From contig JALDTO010000176.1 in NCBI GenBank assembly GCA_023515725.1, positions 21,783 through 85,782 of the forward strand: a DNA stretch of 64,000 nucleotides. Direction: 5' to 3'. The notes under the pieces were generated by a model. The model was not told the DNA's origin, searched no databases, and saw nothing but the letters and a program-made list of their open reading frames with translations. The DNA comes from Amoeboaphelidium protococcarum X5. Its lineage: Eukaryota; Fungi; Aphelidiomycota. Each line of letters begins with the position of its first letter. Position 1 is the stretch's first letter. Made by a program: the position numbers and the translations under genes. Below, in pieces: positions 54,010-64,000 of this stretch.

Positions 54010-55611
54010 TCAAAGAATCAGACCGTCTGCGTCCAGATTCGTTTTTCGACTAAAGTTCTTGATGGGAAAGTAGACGAGGGAGGAGAAGTAGAGGCCAAAC
54101 GCGATAGATAGAGTCTTTACGATTATATCAAAAGCAAAGTTTGACCCGCTACTACCCGACTTGTCAGATGACAGCATATCAAAAAAGCCATATACACCCA
54201 CTGCAGTAGGCACGAGTAGGGTGATTGCCACCATAAGGCTGGGTAAGTTGGCCTAATTGTACCGCCTAGCCAGAATATTGCCAACTGTACCAATGCTGAA
54301 GGCGGCGATAGAATTAGCAGTATCTAGAGAGAACAGATACAGAGCAAGTTGTCTCGAACACACACCAATTGCACTGACAAATAGCATTTGCGGCCACTAT
54401 CTCAAACTACCCTTCAATACAATGCATACGCAGAACGAGAAGGGGATAAGCAGTAGATAAATGCCTGCACCATAGTTTGTATTTTACGCACACTTATTTA
54501 CAGGATCTGACTGATCCGCAAGATGCTGTATTAGTTTAGCTCCAATGTACATGCCAAATCCCAACTTGAGACTTCGTATGAACGCATAAAACATTCGAAC
54601 ACTACCTGACAGAATATTATTAGATGCCAGCTCCATCATAGCAAGCACAATATGCAGACCGGGGAACAAGGATATTATCGATGCCATAGAAGGGATACCA
54701 AGACATATAGAATCATCCGGAAATCTCTTTAATATATAAGACACGGCCACAGCGAGGAAGGTGGTCACCATTGGACTCCATATATCTGCGGCAGTCAACA
54801 ATTTTCTACTATCAAGCATATTGAATGTAGCACTAATTAAGCCCAGAATTAAACTGATTAGACCGTCCATCAGCGTGCCTTTATAGATCATCAACGCACC
54901 AAAGAATGAGATTCCGGCGACAGCTATGAAATGCACAAAGGTAGAGTATGGGTCAGGTTCGCTGTCAATCTTCTTCAGTTCTTGAATACACTCTAATAAG
55001 GTCGGAGGTTCAATAGCAATATTATCGCCATCTAAGTCATTATCATCGTCGCCAAATAGTTTATACAGTTTCTACTTACCAGGAGGCCAAAGGGAGCATA
55101 CAAGCTTTGTGGCACTGTTGAAGAATTTCTATATAAAGTCAGGTTCTTCAGCCAGCTGGATCTACAGATCAGCAGGTGATGAAAAGGTGGCTGCAACTTT
55201 CTTGGCCAGGCGATCAGCTTGATATAGTTTGGACAGATTAAATCGCTACTGCACTTTAAGAAATACCGTAGACTGAAGTGACTGACCAGCAGTCAACATC
55301 ATCGGCGAAGCCATACTCGCACCCAGTGACTAGAACTACTCTCCACCGAACGATATCAGGATGGTATTCGGACTAACCACAATCTGCGTTGGCATTTTTA
55401 CAGCTTCAGCGATCATCTCAATTCGCCTCTCCACTCGGAAACTAGGCGCGCCGTATTCGTACAGCAACTTTGCCAGCCTAACAATCAGTTTCTGCAAGTT
55501 CATCCGGTCCTGGATCGACAGCAGGGACTATTATCGCTCCAGAATAGAACCAACTTTTAGTGACTGCAGACTAATATTGTCTGAAGCACTTTATTCAAAT
55601 TTCTTTTCCAT
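54010..55611 (-). CDS. Prm10/ThrE (DUF1212) family multi-pass membrane protein
   Basis: LAKLLYEYGAPSFRVE...PNTILISFG, ASIISLFPGL..AMMELASNNILSGSVRM, ITLLVP; about 10 hydrophobic segments. Confidence 0.85.
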
Positions 55612-55966
55612 ATTCCTATTATGAATCGATCTGGTTTATATATAACAAAATTATGTGTCTATAATGCAATGTCAAAATAAGCTTTATAACGAATATATAT
55701 ATATATACGTAATTACTGTACAGTCACTAGCAACGTCCTTTGTTTAGGAGAAACAATGCGAAAATCAGAATAAGTGAAACAATCAACATTGAGCTATCGC
55801 TGTGAAACTAAATAGGCTTTTTATGAAGTATAAAAACCCTATCTATTGCTCACTGATTGCATCCTGGTGAGCGTTTGGCATTTTTTGTATAGTTAAGTAG
55901 TCATTCTAGAGAATATTTCATGGATAATTAAGAAAGCTGAAGTGTTAAAATAACGCATTTAACCAT

Positions 55967-58900
55967 TCATTAAAATTACATCAATTCATTCAAAACGCGC
56001 ACTAAATCAGCAGCTTTGGGCCTTAATGCAGGATCTTGACTCCATGCATCATTAATGATCTGCGTCAAGTTCTCGCATCCAGGCTGACCCCTGAACAAAT
56101 TTTCACTGGATGGTCGCATACCTTAGATGACATTGCTAATAACGACCTCTGAGTGGACTTCAGGCCAAGCTTACGTACGCGTCAGAATCTCATTCATGAC
56201 AACAGCCGCGGAGTAAATGTCGCGCTTGTACCACAACTCTATGGGCATAGTTTACTTAGCGAGAACTTCTGGCGCAGCGTAGCATACAGTAGCGCCATTT
56301 ATAGTATTCCATTTAATTCCTGAGACTGCCCTAGAGCTATCGACAATCGTACATACACCAAAATCAGTCAAGCACAGTCGCAGCTTACCATCGCGCTACT
56401 CCATCAAGTAATTTGCAGATTTTACGTCATTATGCACCACAAAAGACGAGTGCAAGACATCAATTCCAGAAACTGCATCATGGCATAATTAAATCACCAT
56501 GTTAAAAGAAAAAGCAGCAGCCATCTCTCCATCGATAAGTCTCGACAACGCTCCAAGGTCGTATAGAGACATTATCAATACCTTAGACTAGTGGTCAAAG
56601 GCGGCCAATTTAGCAACATAATCGCTCTAATGAAACTTCCACAGAAGAGCCACCTCTTACATGAACACTTCATAGCTAATATCTTACGTTGAAAACTTAC
56701 CGACAAAATTACGAATCCCTTTGTTGCTAAGCCAGTGATTTTAAGATACGTAAAACACCTCAACCAATGCAACTATACCTTAACTGCCTCGTGATAGTAT
56801 CTTATTATCAATACGCCGAAAATTTACACCTTGTTCCAGCTACAAAAAGGCAGGGACAGCAATTTCCATCGAAGTATTCATCATTGTAGTGGCATTTATC
56901 ATTGAAGAGGGCCCTAAGGTTATGTTTGTCCCTTCATGAGGCTCTGCATGAGTAGAGCTCGCAGTACTAGAGTAAATCTCTTTAATGAAACGCATATTTG
57001 TTTTGCGATTACGTCGATATCGACGGAGGAAGCACCATATTGCAACTATTAAACATACAGCAAAAGTCAATGATACTGAGGCTATTATTGTATTGAGACT
57101 AAACGATGAGGCGCCTGCTTATGAACCAATACTACCAAGACCTGTAGTCGAAGTGGCTTCATTAAAATTAGATGCCGTGTTCAATCCATAAATTCTTCCA
57201 GCGGAAAATTGGATCAAAATTTAGGTATCACTAATTGAAGAAATTACACTTGGTCCAGATGATGACAAAATTGTGGAAGCGACGACAACAGCCACGGAGC
57301 CATTACTTGCAGAAATATCACTAATACTAGATGAGTAACTAGCCACATAAGACGAGGCACTTGTAGAGTTTAGGCAGCCCAAACTTAATGACAGCCAGCT
57401 AACAGGTGAAGATTAAGATGTAAAAAAGGAATCTAATCCAGAGAGCCATTAGCTCGAGCTGATGGTTGATACAGTCGATGTAAAGTCAGCTTATTAGGAT
57501 GATAAGCCAGTGGTGGTAAAATCCGCACTACTTATAGATGTCATAACTGCTGCAGAGCTCGTTGTCGTGACAGATGTAATTGTCGGAGTAGTGGCAGAAG
57601 TAGATGCGGTACTCGTTGTCGTCGTAGTAGTAGTTGTAGTACTAGTTTTCGTCGTTTAAACGGTAGGAGTAGAGGTAGTAGAGGTTGTAGTAATGGTTGT
57701 TGTAGTAGTAGTTGTAGTCGTCGGTCTTGTACTTGTAGTAGAAATACATGAATCACGCGTGCCAGGCAGATATCGGACAATAAATGCTGCCTTACTATCA
57801 GAGAAGGCCCTGCTTAAACACCTCTAACTATTAGAGTCCCCAAATAAAACGGTGTCAGTAGTAGGCAAGTAACCGGAGAAGAAAGCAGCACCGCTAGATT
57901 CAAAACCAGACGCAGCAGCACTCATCTAACTTGCCATAAACATCGGGGTGATTGAAGAGTTCTACACCAAACCGCTAGAATTGATCAAGACCAAAGCTCT
58001 TCCATTGCTTTACGTCATCGGCGAGACAAAGTATGTAGTATTAGATGAATCCTTGATCAAAATATTGCCGCCCTAAGAACCAATTGAAAATCCTAGTAAA
58101 CCGGCTGAATTTAGCCAAATATCATTCAATCCGTTTATAGCTAACCCAGGTGACGAAAACTAGTTTAGCCATTTAAAGGCTCCTGTTGATGAGAATTTGG
58201 CAACGAAACTTTACAGTTCCAAAGTAAAAATTCCCTAAGTGCCAGTTCCATCCACACCCAGGATATCCAATTGAGAGGTTCCTTCGGAGCACTTCACATA
58301 AACGTTAGACTACGAATCAAAAGTAAGGCCTGCGATTCCCATGCTAGCACCTGACCTATACATGAAGATAGAGTTCAGGTAATTTCCTAATTAATCGTAC
58401 ACGAGAACAAATGAACAATTTTAGTCCATGTAATACATCGTTGCAGTGGTGACATATTAATCTGATCCATCGTAAATAACCATTATACCGTCACAAATTG
58501 TGTTACCAGACACAGCTATTCTACCGTTAAAACTACTAACCGCAGCGGCTTGAGGCACCAAATCGAATACCTTCATATTAATCATGCTCGCCACCCAGGC
58601 CAGAGTCCCATTGCGATTGAGTTTGATAGAAAACATAGACGCGCGACTTAGATCAGAGGTTCTAGAAATTTGAACATTATTAGACCCAGCCATGACAAAC
58701 GAACTGGCGTTACTTTAAACGCTTAAAGCAATCTCACCATTAGCAGCTACTGAGGCCGCGCCAAAACCACAGAAACCTGAGCACTTAGACTATGCCAACC
58801 ACTGAAATGAACCATTATTAGACCAACTAATAACAAAGACATCACCATTAGATGTAGTGGGATTCATTGTACGCACAATGAAGCCTGATGCAGTATAAAT

Positions 58901-59266
58901 TTCCATTAATTTCTTAGCAGCACCATAGCAAATAGTGCTACCCAAAGCATTGCCTCCTATGGAAGCCAATTTAGCTCCGCCAGACAACGTATAATACCAC
59001 CACATCGTGCCGTTGTTAAAGAATTTCACCACGAAAGCGCGAGTGCCAGAGCCAGGAGGGGTAATGATTGTTTAAACACTGCCATCAATGCCATAAACGT
59101 TGATACTCGCGGCAGAGGAATATTCACCCATCAAAATGTTGCCAATAGGATCCACCACTGAGTTAACGATGTTCAGTTCAGATGAGCCGATGCCAACTAC
59201 GCGATCAACGTAATATGCATGAACGCCCAGAATAAAGCAGAGTAAAGCACACTTGAAAATCATCAT
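55967..59266 (-). CDS. receptor-like protein kinase (signal peptide, repeat/beta-propeller-like ectodomain, Thr/Ser stalk, TM, TKL-type kinase), ~1099 aa
   Basis: Signal peptide MMIFKCALLCFILGVHA; repeats FVVKF..G...W; TM FAVCLIVAIWCFL followed by RRYRR; kinase motifs VVHNDVKSANYL, LTDFG, YAAPE, DIYS, DPALRP. Confidence 0.92.
57545..57740 (-). repeat. ACN trinucleotide low-complexity tract encoding the mucin-like Thr-rich stalk of the receptor kinase
   Basis: (gta/gtt/gtc)n runs on the plus strand read as poly-Thr on the minus strand. Confidence 0.8.
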
Positions 59267-60104
59267 TGGTTACCTCATAAAAATAAGCAGATCCAGATAC
59301 ATATAACTCAGCAGTAATTAGGAGAGTAGGTACTAGTCATCAGGTGAGCAGAAATTGATAATAGAGACGTTGGATCAGACAGTGTGGAGGCTATTAATAG
59401 AGCAGGGTATAGCAGGAAACAACGCAGCCTTACTCAGCAACCAATCTGGAATCGAAATAAGGATCTAAAGCACAAGTATTGACTCTTTTGACTCTTGAAT
59501 AGCATCATCTCGCTTAAATTTCAATTTGTACAATCTAATTTACGATGGGAAATATCATTTATAAAAATTTATCGAAACACTAATCGATGATCTAACACAA
59601 ATTAGAAACTTCTGAGTTGACATCGTCCAATTGGAACAATGATAATTGATAATAGAAGTATATATAATGCAGTAGCATGAGCAATTTAATTCAATTAAAT
59701 TTAGTTTCCTTGAATATTGTGTTCCGCGTTATCTCATCAGTCTCAGCGGCCTTATACTGGTGTTGAAGTCCTTCGATCGATTCGAACAAAGTAGAAAGTT
59801 ATCGTTTATATTTTAGACAGCATATCTACATTGATAGCTTGTTCCAGGATCAGTGCTCCACTAAGTGTTGTTACTATTCCACCCGTCTCTGTTACTATTG
59901 GCTGATTGCCATGCCCCCCAATATAGATGCCGAGTTTGTTTCAACTTTTCCCGCATCTTGACGATTATTCCTCCACACAGAGGCCACCGTAATATAACTG
60001 GCTTCTCAGCTATTTATTTAGTGCATTTTAAACAGCTGTTATTAAGTGCTCTGTTCTTTCATTTGAAAGCTTTCCGTTTGAAATACTGACATTTGCCTTA
60101 AGTT

Positions 60105-61718
60105 ATGCCACGATGTTTTGCGATTGTTAGAACTCTGCTTGTAGCATTAATACTAGGATTAGTGGTATACCTTCAGTTTGAGCAAATGACTGGTGAATCT
60201 CCGCGATAAGTTCGTATGCCTCAATTCAATAGGAACACTGACAATATTGATACTGGCCAATAGTTGAGGCAGAGTGTTGCGAATCATGATGACTCTGCTG
60301 GTATGCTTGGCGACATTTAACCTAATGATAGTGACGACTAAAGGAGGTACTTGTTTAATATCACGGGGAAATATATTGAGTTTCCTCATCCGACATGTCC
60401 TCCTCATCCCATTTTGAAAGAACCGTCTATTCCCTATGATTATATCCCATACACTGCCAGGGAGTTGTAAAAGACTGTTTGTGGACCATCGTCGGCATCA
60501 TCATCATTATCGTCAAAGGTGCGACTCTACCCTGGCAAAGTTATAGTCATTGAGAATGCTATACTAGATTTTAATCTTCGCTTCCTTTAAGGCTCGCACT
60601 CTGTACTTCAGCAAGGATTCTTGACCATTCATGACTGCGAGCTAGTTGATACAAAAATAGAAGATGTATAGCTGGAGTATGTATCGCGGTCTATCAAATT
60701 GGAAGACGCGCCTGTTTCAAAAGAGGACTATGATATTGAAGAGACAGATGACACTGTGATTATTGGTAGAGATGATTGCGGTAATACGTGGCATGCTCTC
60801 GCTGATGTTTTGCGAGTATGGAATGCGGCTCTGACTGTTGATAATCCTGAAAGTTTGACATTTTCTAGAAAAGTTCTCGTGGTGGATGATCGTCTGTAGA
60901 TCTCCGAAGATCCTGACACTATTGATGGATGTCCGTATAAAGGGACACTTGATGCCATAGGACGTAAAGGAGTTTTGCGAGGTAAAGATTTTGTTGGAAA
61001 GCGGGTGCTCTTCAAGAGATTAATCATTCCCGCTGATGAGCATAATACTCTTGGATTGATATGGTCAATGACATCCTGTTCTGCCGGTGAACTGATTGGA
61101 TAATACGTGAACAATCTCTTTGACTACTTTGGATTTAACTCATTGAATAAAATTTTACTAGATGGAGCTAATTAAGATCGCATAAATTAAGAAGTTGTTC
61201 ATATCACATTCTCATCGAGACGAAAGAAGCCATTTGCTCCTGTTAATGCCAGAATTGGTCGAGTGTTACAAAATGAAGCTGAATTGATCAAGGCCATTGA
61301 GGCAATAACTGGTGTGGTTGTTAAGGTGGCAGAGTTCTTTGAGCTTGAATTCAAAGACCAGTTAAGTCTGATGCGGCAGACTGACATTTTAATTGGAATG
61401 CACGGCGCTGGTCTGACAAATTTGATTTATACCGCTCTGGATGGATATGTTATTGAGCTGATACCGTTCACTTGGGAGAGTCCAGAGTATTTCAATCTGG
61501 CCACAATGACAGGTCGCCATTATCTTCGCTGGAGGAATACCAAGAAGAGTAACCACATTGAGTCTGAGTGTCATGAACTGCAAGGCAAGAACTCTATAGA
61601 TGGTCCCAATATTTGTAGAACTGGAACTAGTACTACTATTGCAGAGATTGACGAAATTCTTCCTCTTGTCAAAGAAGCAGTAGAAGGTGTAAAGGAATCC
61701 AGAAGACAGGGAAAATGA
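60105..61718 (+). CDS. GT61/DUF563-family type II membrane glycosyltransferase
   Basis: N-terminal signal anchor; GNTWHAL, RVLQNEAEL, FKDQLSLMRQTDILIGMHGAGLTN..VIELIP. Confidence 0.9.
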
Positions 61719-61854
61719 TGTATTGTGATGATGTATTACACTTTTTAAGTTATTTTGATTTGATTTGGTTGCCACTTTGAGCATCATATTTTAGCCTTAT
61801 GAAGAACGTGGTTAAAACAGCTCTGTTCAAGATCAAATCGCTTACCAGTTGAAC

Positions 61855-63744
61855 TCAGATTTAAGAGTCCCAAAGCTAACACACGTCAGATTTATACTAC
61901 TGTCCAACTTCAATGGTGTCATTAAAAGACAGATACATCTATTCACCATTATCGAATGAAGGCCAGCTAATGTCGCCAACATTGATACTATCTCTCTAAG
62001 ACCTGCTTAAAAAGTTTAATATCGTTAGTGGCGATACAAAATCAACGATAGATTGAATCATCATATCGCTGATATACTACTCCTACGGATCGAATGATAT
62101 CAGAGTCTGCCCAGAATGGAACAAGTATGGGATATCTACGGCATGGCAGACTTTGTTCAACGCGCAACTTCCACCTAGATGCTTTAAGTATCGCGGAATC
62201 TTGTTCCATACATAGTGATACTTTCGCTGTGATGATTAAATCGCTTTCAACAATCTCTGCGCTGGACATATAAACACATAATCACTCAGCATTTCAATAA
62301 CTAAATCTTTTATGTCAGACAACGTACAAGTAGCGAGATTGAAGCCTTTTCTATTTCCATACTCTGACATTACACGAAGCCACTGATCTTTTAGTTCAGA
62401 TGACATTTCCCCTATATCCAAAATATCTAACCATTAAGAGCTATTACCAAAGCCCATTACTTCAAACTTCCATGGGAGAATCTTACGGATGAATGGTGGA
62501 ATTACATTGATTAAATGTGCAGATCTGTCAATCGTCCAAGGCAGCAATTCCAATTCATCTCTGACAGTGCCAATCATAATGTCAACATTATCGTATACTG
62601 CAGACGCGTCAATTGCTTCTTATATAGAATTATATTCAATTGAGAAATCACCACCATCCATCTGATGAGGAACATACGTAAATGGAGTGTCCAAAGAGAG
62701 ATACTTCGCGTAAAGCTGAGGTAGAGCAGCGAGAGACTTGGCCATTAACACGTCTATTGGAGATTTCTACATGCAGTGACGCACCGTTTCCCAATGTTGT
62801 GGTAACATTCTCGACAATTCTAAAGCTTAATCAGCGCATTTCAAGCTCTTGGCTATAATAAAAGTCTATTGCAATGTTTAATTGAAAGGGCGGAATCGGA
62901 AACTTAACGGAGCTGAGTGCATAATAACGCGCTTGATCAATGGATGATGTTACGCGTCTTACTTATCTGTGCGTTGTTTCAACAGGTGTATTGCAGCAGA
63001 ATAAGCTCCTGCTGACTACCCTTAGAGATTAATGTTATTTCTATCACCACCAAAGTGTTCAATATTATCCCAGACCCACTGGATAGCCATTCGCTAATCT
63101 TGAATCCCCTAATTGCCCAAAGCTGGACCATCTCCAAAGGGTGGGAATGCCAGAAATCCAAGAGGACCAAGGCGATAATTTACAGTGACGACAACAACGT
63201 CATGATTCTGCACCATGTAAGAACCATCATACAACTTGTGCTCAGAACCACCACCAAGAAAGAATCCTCCACCATGGAAAAATATCAACACTGGCTTCAG
63301 ATGATGATGATGATGATGACGTGTAGTAAGACTAGACTGCCGCAGTGGCGCATAAATGTTGAGCGACAGACAGCCATGTTCAGCCTGATTTAGAAAGAAT
63401 TCCAGCTGAGGACAGACGGGTCCAAACTCGAATGCTTCAAATATATCCTAACTGTTCTAATGTTCATACTTAATGGGAGCACCGAATCGTTCTGTACTGT
63501 TTGAAGCATACGGAATGCCATAGTAGTGAGCCACCTCTGGATACACCTTGTCTATCATTCCACGCACTCTCATGCCACTAGACAACGCCACTTCCACCAC
63601 TGAACTACTACTACTATTAACTAGCACTGTAAATGGACCGCGTTACATCCTCAATAACGTCTCTAAACTCCATCTCAGAACAAAAGTTGAAAATATAGAT
63701 GCCAAAATAAAGGTGAAGATGCCCACAAGGTGAACTTTCTTCAT
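61855..63744 (-). CDS. type-B carboxylesterase/lipase; alternative upstream in-frame ATG at 63828
   Basis: GIPYA, EHGCLSLNIY, FHGGGF, VTVNYRLGPLGFL, nucleophile elbow GQSAG with Q encoded by TAG, catalytic His CHAVDIPYLF; TGA 61855-61857. Confidence 0.93.
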
Positions 63745-64000
63745 ACTTGTTCCACACTGTGCTAATAGCTGTGTTAGAACAAAAAGAGCTGTCGGGTGGT
63801 GTGTGTGGCTGAGCCTTAATTCATTCATTCACCTCAGCTGAAATCTGACAAATCACGTTCGGAGCCGCCAAAAGAGTGCAATTTTATGTTTTATAAAAAT
63901 GAGGCGGATCAATCATTCGTGCATCAAGTCCTTTTGAAATTTTTTATCCATAAAGTATTTGTATGATAGTTAGTCTTATTTTAAATACGATTATCAATGA

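Overview
This is gene-dense eukaryotic DNA, not prokaryotic, and it uses a non-standard code in which TAA and TAG encode Gln and TGA is the only stop (translation table 6). That is why the supplied standard-code ORF track is fragmented. Re-read with TAR=Gln, the window resolves into about 30 long, mostly intron-poor CDSs with fungal/opisthokont character: ADAM protease, Zim17, PTEN/C2-formin, PIG-A, Mtr10, FERM-SH3-FERM-RhoGEF, mitochondrial carrier, MBF1, NCS-1, AreA-like GATA factor, APRT, Rab2, BRCA2, FYVE-RhoGEF, WD40, intradiol dioxygenase, ADK, Snf7, Rna14, Med10, Prm10/ThrE, a receptor-like kinase, GT61 and a carboxylesterase. The combination of code, gene set and compactness points, by inference, to an aphelid such as Amoeboaphelidium protococcarum. 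Beyond the code, the most notable signals are: (1) a frameshifted prokaryote-type PD-(D/E)XK nuclease gene using only CAA/CAG for Gln; (2) TGTAG at the 3' end of all 10 inferred introns; (3) recurrent in-frame insertions inside normally length-conserved domains (split Zim17 CXXC, GATA CX2CX30CX2C); (4) an RT-less gene carrying a LINE C-terminal zinc knuckle; (5) a non-RD receptor kinase; (6) a secreted intradiol dioxygenase. All translations and family assignments were done by eye and no database searches were run.
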